In this document: positions 41,141 to 50,315 of the stretch, piece by piece | Numbering within the stretch: position 1 is the stretch's first letter | Layout of the letters: the number at the start of each line of letters is the position of its first letter | NCBI GenBank assembly: GCA_963707735.1 | Contig: CAVPRB010000008.1 | Location: forward strand, 40,941-104,940 | Source: an uncultured Acidobacteriota bacterium | Lineage (GTDB): Bacteria; Acidobacteriota; Terriglobia; Terriglobales; Acidobacteriaceae | Reading direction: 5' to 3' | DNA length: 64,000 bases | Made by a program: the position numbers and the translations under genes | The notes under the pieces: generated by a model | Seen by the model: only the letters and a program-made list of their open reading frames with translations | What the model was told of the DNA's origin: nothing | Database searches by the model: none

Positions 41141-41619
41141 TGTGCTTTCTCCTCTGTGGTTACGCTATCTTCGTGCCGTGCAGACAGAATTTCCGCGGCC
41201 TTGGCAATGCCTTGCAGGATGGAGTCGGGACGCGGAGGACAGCCGGGAACATAGACGTTGACAGGAATGTGACGGTCGAGTGGACCATCCAATACCCGGC
41301 TGTCAATGAATGCATTGGTCGAAGCCGGGCAGGAGCCGATAGCTACAACAGCTTTGGGGCCGTAGACCTGTCCGTACACGGTCTTGATGGCATTGACCGC
41401 GGTATGGGTAATGGGTCCCGTGACGCAGACGATATCCGCGTGCCGCGGACTGGCTTCCAGCTTTACGCCCAACTGCTCGGCGTCATAGCGTGGCGTCAGG
41501 CTGGCAATCAATTCGATATCGCAACCGTTGCAGCTACCCGAATTCATGTGGAACAGCCACGGACTCTTGCGGCGGCTCATGCAAATCAATCGTTTCAAGA
41601 GACTCATTGCATCCCCCAA
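41137..41619 (-). CDS. [NiFe]-hydrogenase small subunit (NuoB/EchC-like)
   Basis: SGSCNGCDIE, AIGSCPAS and VPGCPPRP provide the four cysteines of the proximal [4Fe-4S] cluster. Confidence 0.9.
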   Translation of the reverse strand: MGDAMSLLKRLICMSRRKSPWLFHMNSGSCNGCDIELIASLTPRYDAEQLGVKLEASPRHADIVCVTGPITHTAVNAIKTVYGQVYGPKAVVAIGSCPASTNAFIDSRVLDGPLDRHIPVNVYVPGCPPRPDSILQGIAKAAEILSARHEDSVTTEEKAQ

Positions 41620-44600
41620 GGTACGGCCTGGAAGACATTTGGCCAGAGGCCGCCTGCCAGAAGCAGGACCACAAGAAGGACAATCATGACCTTTAAGATC
41701 ACAGGTTCCTGACCGGTTCTTGCGCCGTCAGGCGCGGAACCCCACCAGCACCTGGTCAGCGCGAGCACAAAGGCGATTAGCGCAAGCGCAGAGGAGAGCA
41801 CGAAGACAGCCAGCATCCAGGGACCTATCTGAAGAGCGGTATCGTACAGCCTCCAGCGCCCGAGGAAACCAATGGTCGGTGGCACACCCAGCATGGCCAG
41901 CATTCCGAAGACAAAGCCAAAACCACTGAATGGATAGCGCACGGTGAGGCCGGTACTTTCAGCCGAAAGGGCACCTTCGCCTTCCGGTGCGCTAAGGCAG
42001 GCAAAGAGTAGAGCCTTGGCGAGAGCATGCGCAACCGCGCCCAACATGGCACCGCTCATGCCTAATGCATTCGCAGAAGCCAAGCCCAGCATCAAAAACC
42101 CAATATCCTCCACGGAGGAAAGCACCAGAAGCCGCTTCAAGTCGCGCTGCGAGAGCATTAGAATCGCACTGATGAAGGCCGAGGCGGCGGCGATGCCGAG
42201 CCACAGAGACATGGGAGTGATCATCCACGGCGAGACCTGGACGATGGCATAGAACTCGCCGAACGCTGCAATATCGAGTACCGCGATGATAAGTCCGAGC
42301 ACGAGTGCAGGAAGCTCATCGGCCAGCTTCAGCAACCAGACAAAGAACGGAACCACGGCCAGCTTGACGAAGATGCTCGTGATCAGCAGCGCCCGCGCCG
42401 TGTTGGCGTCGCCCCGTGCCGTCATCAGATCGCTGCCGATCAAACTCAAGGCGGAAATTGCGATGACGCACAGGTAAGTGAGCCTGGAGGAGAGCTGGGT
42501 TGCCGCACTCCAGACGAGCAGGACGGCCAGCACGGCGCCCAGTTCCAGCAACCCCAGACGCAGTGATGGACCGGGTACGGCAAGACCCGCAACCGTGGCA
42601 ATGGCGGATGCCGACATCAGGGGAGCAAAGCGCTGCCAGGCTTTCGAGGACAAGGCAGCCAGTATCAGAGCCGCTCCACTCACCGCGCACGCAACCATCA
42701 GAGCGTGAGGAATGTGCTGCACTCGCGCGGTGGATTCGCTGGCCGTGATCTGCGGAGCGAAGAAGCGCACTCCGGCAAAGACGACTGCGGCGAGGACTAC
42801 CATGGCAGCGACCGCGCGCTGTTCAAACTCCGCGATGACTTGCCCGAGGGCCGACGAAATAGCAAGCATGCCTCGCCAAACACCAAGGTAGAAGCCATCC
42901 ACGTTGGACCAGCGGAAAAAGTCGCTCCAGCTTTGCGCCAGTATGTAGGAGAAATCGCGCGCGGGTAGTCGGCCTTCCCCAACGAAGGGTTCGCCACCGG
43001 TAAAGACGCCGCTGCCGCCCGCCCCGGCAAGGGCAGCGCCTCCGACCACCACCACGTGGCGGGAAGAACTTGCCATCGCATAGACAAGTCCGCCGAAAAT
43101 CAGTGAGACCACGGCCAGCACAAGACCCCAGGTGGTAAACCAGCTTCCTGCCGTCGCGGTGAGTCCGAACCACGTAACCTGGATGCCCGTGCCCAGACCA
43201 AGGGCTCCGAGAACCGGGTTCAGGAGGTAGTTCACGGCAAGCTGTGGCGCAATCCCCAGTACCAGGCTGCCTGTAGCTACCAGGCCCAAACCAAGTTGCA
43301 TGCTGAATGGAGCTTCATGAGCGTGTTCGCTGGCCTCGGTCGGAGAACCGAGAAACACGGAGTCGGTCGCCTGGATACAACAGAAGACCGTGCCCAGACT
43401 GGCGATCCATGCGGCCAGGGCCGGAGCGATCCAGCCCGCCTGTAGCGCAGCGGTGTAAAGCATCCATTTACTGGCGAAGCCGCTCATTAGGGGAATCCCC
43501 ATCATGCTGCCCGCGCTGATCAGCCAGGCGAAGGTTGTGCGCGGCATTTTGGCGGCGAGTCCTCCGAGTTTGTTCATATCCCGCGTGCCGGTTGCGTGCT
43601 GCACGCTCCCGGCGGTCAGGAAGAGACCTCCTTTGAAGAATCCGTGATTGAGGCAGTGCAATAGTCCGGCGGTGATCGCGAGAGGTGTTCCGATGCCGAT
43701 GCCCGTGATCATGTAACCGATCTGGCTCACGGTACTAAAGGCAAGCATCCGCTTCAGGTCGGTTTGCACCATGGCATACATGACACCTACGACCATGGTG
43801 ATAGTGCCGATCCACACCATCAGCGTCCCGCAGTGCACCGGCAGCGGACCGAAGCTGTAGAGACGAGCGGCAAGATAGACACCGGCGGTCACGTAGCAAG
43901 CCGCGTGCAGTAAGGCGCTGACCGGGGTTGGAGCTGCCATGGCCTCTGGAATCCAGGTGTGTAGCGGCACTTGGACGGACTTTGCAACCAGGGAAACAAA
44001 CGTCAATAGGAAGAGCCCGCCGGTAAACGAGCGGGCTACCGCGGGATCAGTCCAAAGACTGCTGCCCGTACGGCTGTAGATAATGAGAATCGCGGCGAGC
44101 AGACCATAGCCAGCGAGGTGGGTCATCAGCAAAACCTTGCGAGCTCCCTCTACAGCCTCTTTGTTCTGATACCAGAAGCCCACCAAGGCGAAGGAGCACA
44201 GACCGGCGACCTCCCACCAGAAATAGAAGATGAAAAGGTTGGCGCTCCACACCATGCTGACGAAGCCGCCAATGAAGACGAGCATGATGGCGTAAAAACG
44301 GGTAGTAGCGGCATCCTCGGCCATGTAGTCGATGGAATACAGCAGCACGATGCCGCCGATACAGGTCGCCATAAACGCGAAAAGAACACTGAGCGCGTCC
44401 ACATGAAGGATGAGAGCCAGCGGCCCATCCCATTGCGAGAGGCGAAGATCCAGGGAACGTCCTCCCATCACCAAGGGAATGGTGGAGACCACAGCCAGCA
44501 GGGCCGGCGCACAACACAGGACCGCCAGAACACCCTTGGTCCGTGCTGGGAGCAGACGGGCAAGCAGCAGTTGCAACGCGGCCCCCACCAGAAGCGAACA

Positions 44601-44633
44601 CGGCGCGATCACTAGTAGCGTTGCGGTTGTCAT
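41604..44633 (-). CDS. fused antiporter-like membrane subunit (NuoL/M/N, EchA/MbhH family), 1009 aa
   Basis: The N-terminal 500 aa or so show NuoL-type features (WEVAGLCSFALVGFW, HAACYVTAGVYL, KGGLFLTAG). A second polytopic module follows in the same ORF. Confidence 0.85.
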   Translation of the reverse strand: MTTATLLVIAPCSLLVGAALQLLLARLLPARTKGVLAVLCCAPALLAVVSTIPLVMGGRSLDLRLSQWDGPLALILHVDALSVLFAFMATCIGGIVLLYSIDYMAEDAATTRFYAIMLVFIGGFVSMVWSANLFIFYFWWEVAGLCSFALVGFWYQNKEAVEGARKVLLMTHLAGYGLLAAILIIYSRTGSSLWTDPAVARSFTGGLFLLTFVSLVAKSVQVPLHTWIPEAMAAPTPVSALLHAACYVTAGVYLAARLYSFGPLPVHCGTLMVWIGTITMVVGVMYAMVQTDLKRMLAFSTVSQIGYMITGIGIGTPLAITAGLLHCLNHGFFKGGLFLTAGSVQHATGTRDMNKLGGLAAKMPRTTFAWLISAGSMMGIPLMSGFASKWMLYTAALQAGWIAPALAAWIASLGTVFCCIQATDSVFLGSPTEASEHAHEAPFSMQLGLGLVATGSLVLGIAPQLAVNYLLNPVLGALGLGTGIQVTWFGLTATAGSWFTTWGLVLAVVSLIFGGLVYAMASSSRHVVVVGGAALAGAGGSGVFTGGEPFVGEGRLPARDFSYILAQSWSDFFRWSNVDGFYLGVWRGMLAISSALGQVIAEFEQRAVAAMVVLAAVVFAGVRFFAPQITASESTARVQHIPHALMVACAVSGAALILAALSSKAWQRFAPLMSASAIATVAGLAVPGPSLRLGLLELGAVLAVLLVWSAATQLSSRLTYLCVIAISALSLIGSDLMTARGDANTARALLITSIFVKLAVVPFFVWLLKLADELPALVLGLIIAVLDIAAFGEFYAIVQVSPWMITPMSLWLGIAAASAFISAILMLSQRDLKRLLVLSSVEDIGFLMLGLASANALGMSGAMLGAVAHALAKALLFACLSAPEGEGALSAESTGLTVRYPFSGFGFVFGMLAMLGVPPTIGFLGRWRLYDTALQIGPWMLAVFVLSSALALIAFVLALTRCWWGSAPDGARTGQEPVILKVMIVLLVVLLLAGGLWPNVFQAVPWGMQ

Positions 44634-44810
44634 GCAGTGCTGACCTGCAAACCAGAGGCCAAAGTTCGGCCAGGCGCTTGCTCACGATATGTTTGGAATT
44701 GGCCATGTTGGTCTTTGCTCCTCCATCAAGAAAATGCTGTACCCGGGAACCAGAATCCGTTGTATGCTAGTGCCCCGCAGATTAATGATGAGCGGTTCAC
44801 GAGGATCACT

Positions 44811-46811
44811 ATGCCCCCGGACCTCACCCTTGGGAGAAAGGCGTGGGAGCTCTTTCTGGAGAAGGAAGTGCTGGATTCCCGTTTGGTTCGCACTGCCGTC
44901 GCCAATTCCTGGCAGCGCTGTCGAACTCTAAACATCGATGCCCTGCACAACAGTGATCCTCAAGACGACGGAGCCCGGAATCTGGAACAGCGCCTCTGCG
45001 AAAAGGAGCAACTCACCCGCATTGCGCGGCCATTCATGCAGGACTTGCACCATTTTTTCAGCGGCTCGGCATTCCAGGTCGTGCTCACGGACGAAGACGG
45101 ATTTCTTCTGGAAGTGATTGGAGACAAAGGAATTGTCTCCCGTACCCGCCAAGTGCATCTTTGTCCCGGTTCCAGTTGGAGTGAGGGGAAAAAGGGTACC
45201 AACGCCATCGGTACTGCACTGGTGGAGCGCGCACCGGTCCAGATCTACGCGTGGGAGCACTTCTGCGAAGAGAACCAGTTCCTCACCTGTTCCGCTGCCC
45301 CCATCTCTGATCCCGAAGGCAAGGTTATCGGCTGCCTCGACCTCAGCGGAGACTGGCACGAAGCAAACCCGCACACCATGGGCATGGTGGTTGCCGCAGT
45401 GCGCGCTATTGAGAATCAATTAAGGCTGGAACTAGCCACCCGCAAACTGTACGCGGCTTCGCGTTACTCCAGGGCCCTGCTTCACGGTATCGCGGACGGT
45501 CTGGTCGCCATTGACTGTAATGGCATCGTGACCGACATCAACGCGCGGGGAGGCGAGATCTTCGGCGTAAATCCGGCAACGGCCAAAGGGCGTTCATTGT
45601 CAGTGGTTTGCCCCTGGAACCCGCCGCTGCTCCAAGTTCTTAAGAACGGCAAGGATTACGACAATCAAGAAATCGTGATCTCCAAGCTTGGCAAGCGCAT
45701 CGTCAGCTCAGCTGCTCCGCTGCGAGACGAGGATGGCGGCATCGTCGGCGCAGTTGCTTTCTTCCGCGAGATCAGTGACCGCAATGCCAAGCACTCCCCG
45801 ATGGTCTATTGCCATCGCCATACTTTTGACGATATTGCGGGCGAAAGCCCGGCAATGAAGGCGGCGAAGGACTGGGCAATTCTGGCGTCGGCGTGCAATT
45901 CGACGGTGCTGATTCTAGGTGAGAGTGGTACTGGGAAAGAGTTGTTTGCCAACGCCATTCACAACACCAGTGTTCGTGGCCACGGGCCGTTTGTTGCCAT
46001 CAACTGCGCTGCAATCCCGGAAAGCCTGATTGAAAGCGAGCTTTTCGGATACGTCGATGGTTCCTTCACGGGCGCAAAAAAGGGCGGCCAGCCGGGGAAG
46101 TTTGAAATGGCAAATGGTGGCAGCATATTCCTCGACGAAATCGGGGATATGTCGCTGAATGTGCAAGCTAAATTGCTCCGTGTGCTGCAGGAGAGAAGGG
46201 TCTCGCGTATCGGTTCCTCGAAGGAAACCGATGTGGATATTCGAATCATCGCAGCGACCCATCGCGATCTGACAAAAGATGTCGAGGTTGGACGATTCCG
46301 TGAAGATCTTTACTACCGGCTGGCAGTGCTGGAAGTCAAGGTTCCACCATTGCGCGAGAGACCGCAGGATATAACCCCGCTGGTGCGTTATCTCGTCAGG
46401 AAGATCTCCCTGCGCCTCGACCGCCCCCCTGTGGATGTCGATGCCGAGTGCCTGCGCCGCATGACGGCATATTCGTGGCCTGGGAATGTCCGGGCCATGG
46501 AGAACGTGCTGGAAAGAGCCCTGGTGCGAATGGGCGATGAACGTGTGCTGAAGCTCGAACATCTCGGACTTCCACCCGAGGGCGCCCTGCCGGTTACGGA
46601 CCCCGACCTCAGCCTACGGGCAGAGAAAGAGAAGACGGTACCCGCCATTAGAACTTTGCGCGACATGGAAAGAGCAGCAATCGCCGAAGCCTTGAGTGCG
46701 TGCTGCGGCAACATAAAAAAGACCGCTGCCCGTCTGGGCATCGCCCGCAATACGCTCTACCGCAAAATGGAAGACTACGATCTGCTTCTCGACGATGGGC
46801 ATAATAAGTAG
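44811..46811 (+). CDS. sigma-54-dependent transcriptional activator (AcoR-like: GAF-like/PAS/AAA+/HTH)
   Basis: Walker A GESGTGKE, GSFTGA (the GAFTGA loop), and a C-terminal HTH (AARLGIARNTLYRKM). ATG 44811 was chosen within ORF 44637..46811. Confidence 0.9.
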   Translation: MPPDLTLGRKAWELFLEKEVLDSRLVRTAVANSWQRCRTLNIDALHNSDPQDDGARNLEQRLCEKEQLTRIARPFMQDLHHFFSGSAFQVVLTDEDGFLLEVIGDKGIVSRTRQVHLCPGSSWSEGKKGTNAIGTALVERAPVQIYAWEHFCEENQFLTCSAAPISDPEGKVIGCLDLSGDWHEANPHTMGMVVAAVRAIENQLRLELATRKLYAASRYSRALLHGIADGLVAIDCNGIVTDINARGGEIFGVNPATAKGRSLSVVCPWNPPLLQVLKNGKDYDNQEIVISKLGKRIVSSAAPLRDEDGGIVGAVAFFREISDRNAKHSPMVYCHRHTFDDIAGESPAMKAAKDWAILASACNSTVLILGESGTGKELFANAIHNTSVRGHGPFVAINCAAIPESLIESELFGYVDGSFTGAKKGGQPGKFEMANGGSIFLDEIGDMSLNVQAKLLRVLQERRVSRIGSSKETDVDIRIIAATHRDLTKDVEVGRFREDLYYRLAVLEVKVPPLRERPQDITPLVRYLVRKISLRLDRPPVDVDAECLRRMTAYSWPGNVRAMENVLERALVRMGDERVLKLEHLGLPPEGALPVTDPDLSLRAEKEKTVPAIRTLRDMERAAIAEALSACCGNIKKTAARLGIARNTLYRKMEDYDLLLDDGHNK

Positions 46812-47104
46812 TTTTTCTAAGACCGATGTTCCTTGCATATCAAGTGTTCCAGAATTGAGCATAATTTTGTGTTCAATTTTGGCGCACTAGTCAATTCTTG
46901 AACAGCACAATACCGGCGATCTCCCAATTTGCAATTGATTTTTGGCCGCCGTTCGCCGATGGCTGCGCCGGCGTAGCACGATCCGGCAAGTCGCCAAGCC
47001 TCTCATCTCCGCGCGCGTTTCCACCTACACCCATGGGCAATACAGCGCACTGTGGCCGCCAGATATATGGCGACCCCTGCTAGCTCGCGAACGCCATGGG
47101 TCCG

Positions 47105-47120
47105 TGGCACTTTGATTGCA
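47105..47120 (+). promoter_or_regulatory. sigma-54 (-24/-12) promoter
   Basis: TGGCAC-tttga-TTGCA matches the TGGCAC-N5-TTGCW consensus exactly. It lies about 320 nt upstream of the mop ATG and downstream of the activator gene. Confidence 0.6.
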
Positions 47121-47441
47121 GGTTCGCAAGAACAGGTTGATGACAGGATCGCGCCGGGTGTCAACCCTCAAGAGTCATTACGAGCTCGGCGTACGGTTTT
47201 CCTACGGCTAATAGGCGACGTTGATTCAGGCTGCTACTTGTAAGAGCGTCCGGCGGCCAAGCAAAGCGAGGTTTGCGGTTCCGCGACCTATTTCGATTTG
47301 TCCCTCATAGCCCGCCGAATTGCGAACCGGACGGATCGCTGGAAGAGGCTTCAGGATTAGCAAAACAGATGGAAGCCGCCGGCATCCCGCCGGGCGGCCG
47401 GGAACGATACAACAACGGAAGAAAGGAACGAGGTTGAGTCC

Positions 47442-50183
47442 ATGGAAAAAAGGATTCTCAATGTAAATGGGGTAGACCGCACGCTCATCGTCAACCCGGA
47501 GAAGAATCTGGCGCAGGTATTGCGCGAGCAACTCCTGTTGACGGGCTGCAAGATATGCTGCAGCGAAGGCCAGTGCGGCACCTGTACGGTGATCGTTGAC
47601 GGCGCAGTTACCCGCGCTTGCATGATTCCAATGAACGAAGTGGAAAAGGGTGCCAAGATTTCCACCATTGAAAGCCTGGGAACTCCGGACAACCTGCATC
47701 CTCTGCAGGTAGCCTGGATGGCCAATGGGTCCGCACAGTGCGGCATCTGCACCCCCGGCTTTCTGATGTCCGCAAAAGTCCTGCTTGACACCAATAACAA
47801 TCCAACACGCGAAGATGTGCGGACATGGTTTGAGATAAACAACAACCACTGCCGTTGCACCGGCTACAAGCCGCTGGTGGATTCGGTGATGGACGCAGCC
47901 GCCGTCCTGCGTGGAGAAAAGAAGAAGGAAGACCTGCTGTTTGAACCGGTTGAGAACGGCTCGATCATGGGTTCCAAGTATCGCCGCCCTTCGGCTCTTG
48001 CCAAGGTGACCGGCGCCTGGGACTTCGGCGCCGATGTCGCCCTGCATATGCCGCCGGACACATTGCGTCTGGCTCTGGTGCAGTCCGAGGTTTCCCACGG
48101 CAACATCAAAGGCATTGATTCCTCAGAAGCCGAGAAGATGCCCGGCGTGGTAAAGGTTTTGACCTGGAAGGACGTCAAGGGCAAGAACGCCATCACCGGC
48201 CTCATTACCTTCCCGACAAACAAGGGCGATGGCTGGGATCGTCCGATTCTCTGCAAGGAAAAGGTGTTCCAGTTTGGCGACGCCATCGCAATCGTCTGCG
48301 CCGATACGGAAGATCATGCCCGCGCCGCGGCAGCCGCGGTCAAGGTTGATATTGAAGTCCTTCCGGCTTACATGAGCGCCCCCGCTGCCATGGCTCCGGA
48401 CGCCCTCGAGATTCACCCCGGGGTACCAAACGTTTACTTCGAACAGGGTGTGAGGAAGGGCGAGGATACCGCGCCCTTGATGGAGAAGGCCGCTTACACG
48501 GTAGAAGCTGAGACCTACTGCAGCCGTCAGCCTCACCTCCATCTTGAGCCCGATTGCGGCCTGGCCTATATGGACGAAAGCGGCCGCCTGACCATCCATT
48601 CCAAGAGCATTGGTCTGCACCTGCACCATGCCATGATAGCCCCCGGCCTCGGCATCGAGCCGGAGAAACTCCGTCTCATTGAGAATGGTGTCGGCGCAAC
48701 CTACGGTTATAAGTTCAGTCCGACGATGGAAGCCCTGCTAGGTGTTGCCTGCATGGCGACCAGTCGCCCGGTTTCGCTGGTTTACAACCAGTTCCAGAAC
48801 ATCACCTACACCGGCAAGCGCTCCCCGGTCGAAATGAAAATCAAGCTAGGCGCCGACAAGAACGGCAAACTGACTGCCATGGAGCACACTTGGTGGGTCG
48901 ACCACGGCCCGTATTCTGAATTCGGCGATTTGTTGACCGTCCGTCAGGCACAGTTTACCGGCGCCGGTTACGACATCTCGAATATCCGCGCCCTGGGACA
49001 TACGGTTTGCACCAACCATGCATGGGGCTCGGCGTTCCGCGCCTATGGCTCTCCGCAATCGTTCCTGGCTTCGGAAATCGCCATGGACATGCTGGCCGAG
49101 AAGATGGGGGTGGATCCATTCGAGCTGCGCTACAAGAACATCTATCGCCCGGGCGCAACCACTCCTACCGGTCAGGAACCGGATGTGTTCTGCCTCGAAA
49201 ACCTCTTTAATCTGCTCCGTCCGAAGTATGAAGAGGCCAAGAAGCGCTGCAAGGAACTCTCCACTCCAGAGAAACCTCGTGGCGTCGGTCTGTCGCTGGG
49301 CATCTATGGCTGCGGTCTCGACGGTCCGGATGGAGCGGCAACCGCAATCGAACTGACGCCAAACGGCGTGACTATCTTTGCCACCTGGCAGGACCACGGC
49401 CAGGGCGCTGACCTTGGCGCGCTGACGATTACCCATGAAACCCTGCGTCCGCTTCACCTGCATCCGTCGCAGATCAAGCTGGAATTGAACGACACCCTGC
49501 TACCCAATAGCGGTCCTTCGGGCGGCAGCCGTTCCAACGTCATGATCGGCAATGCCTTGAAGGTTGGCGCTGAGATGCTGATGAATGCCATGCGCAAGCC
49601 TGACGGCACCTATCGCACCTACGACGAAATGGTGGCGGAGAAGATTCCGCTCCGTTACGACGGCAAGTGGGTCGCCGCTGACTGCACTGCCTGCGATGCG
49701 GTTACCGGCCAGGGCAAGCCCTTCCCGATCTACATGTACGAACTGTTTATGCCTGAGGTCGAGGTCAACACCAAGAACGGCAAGGTGAAGGTGGTAAAGT
49801 TCACCACGGCAGTTGACGTGGGCACCATCATCAACCGCGCCACCGTCGAGGGCCAGATCTATGGCGGCATCGCCCAAGGCATTGGACTCGCGCTGACCGA
49901 GGACTTCGAGGACCTGAAGTTCCACACTACCTTGAGGAACTGCGGCCTGCCTTCCATCAAGGACATTCCAGACGACTTCGAGATCCTGTTCCAGGAGACC
50001 CGGCGCCCACTCGGACCCTTCGGGGCCGCGGGCGTCGGCGAAGCGCCTCTAACCGCTCCGCACCCGGCGGTGCTGAACGCGATCCACAACGCGTGCGGCA
50101 TCCGCATTCTGCGGGTACCGGCGCTGCCCAAGGTCGTCAAAGCAGCCCTTGACGCAAAGGAGAAGCAGGCAGTGCACGCTTAA
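47442..50183 (+). CDS. mop: Mop-type aldehyde oxidoreductase (xanthine-oxidase family; 2x[2Fe-2S] plus Moco domains, no FAD domain)
   Basis: 913 aa. The N-terminal cluster motifs are CSEGQCGTCTV, CGICTPGF and CRCTGY. They are followed directly by the molybdopterin-binding domains. This is the same architecture and size class as the Desulfovibrio gigas MOP. Confidence 0.9.
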   Translation: MEKRILNVNGVDRTLIVNPEKNLAQVLREQLLLTGCKICCSEGQCGTCTVIVDGAVTRACMIPMNEVEKGAKISTIESLGTPDNLHPLQVAWMANGSAQCGICTPGFLMSAKVLLDTNNNPTREDVRTWFEINNNHCRCTGYKPLVDSVMDAAAVLRGEKKKEDLLFEPVENGSIMGSKYRRPSALAKVTGAWDFGADVALHMPPDTLRLALVQSEVSHGNIKGIDSSEAEKMPGVVKVLTWKDVKGKNAITGLITFPTNKGDGWDRPILCKEKVFQFGDAIAIVCADTEDHARAAAAAVKVDIEVLPAYMSAPAAMAPDALEIHPGVPNVYFEQGVRKGEDTAPLMEKAAYTVEAETYCSRQPHLHLEPDCGLAYMDESGRLTIHSKSIGLHLHHAMIAPGLGIEPEKLRLIENGVGATYGYKFSPTMEALLGVACMATSRPVSLVYNQFQNITYTGKRSPVEMKIKLGADKNGKLTAMEHTWWVDHGPYSEFGDLLTVRQAQFTGAGYDISNIRALGHTVCTNHAWGSAFRAYGSPQSFLASEIAMDMLAEKMGVDPFELRYKNIYRPGATTPTGQEPDVFCLENLFNLLRPKYEEAKKRCKELSTPEKPRGVGLSLGIYGCGLDGPDGAATAIELTPNGVTIFATWQDHGQGADLGALTITHETLRPLHLHPSQIKLELNDTLLPNSGPSGGSRSNVMIGNALKVGAEMLMNAMRKPDGTYRTYDEMVAEKIPLRYDGKWVAADCTACDAVTGQGKPFPIYMYELFMPEVEVNTKNGKVKVVKFTTAVDVGTIINRATVEGQIYGGIAQGIGLALTEDFEDLKFHTTLRNCGLPSIKDIPDDFEILFQETRRPLGPFGAAGVGEAPLTAPHPAVLNAIHNACGIRILRVPALPKVVKAALDAKEKQAVHA

Positions 50184-50203
50184 CCCTGCGCTCTGTAACG
50201 GCC

Positions 50204-50235
50204 GGCTGAAACGAAATCAAGGTTTCGTTCCAGCC
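50204..50235 (+). promoter_or_regulatory. intercistronic stem-loop after mop
   Basis: GGCTGAAACGAAA-tcaagg-TTTCGTTCCAGCC pairs at 12 of 13 positions. A weak T-rich tail follows. Confidence 0.4.
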
Positions 50236-50315
50236 GTGTCTTAAATGCTTTTACCGCGCAAGCCTGATGACTGGAACAACTGGTCGTGGAGTTGTTCGCA
50301 GAGGAGAGCAGCGTT

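Noticed and set aside
44651-44666. Minus-strand TGGCCT-N5-TTGCA as the sigma-54 promoter of the hydrogenase operon
   Set aside because: The GG-N10-GC spacing is correct. However, the -12 element lies only about 15 nt from the ATG at 44633, which leaves essentially no leader or ribosome-binding site, and the -24 half deviates from consensus. It is kept only as a weak possibility and not reported as a feature.
47226-48098. 290-aa minus-strand ORF overlapping the sigma-54 leader and the Mop N-terminus
   Set aside because: It lies opposite the [2Fe-2S] domain coding sequence, which has canonical Cys motifs. The ORF itself has nonsense-like composition.
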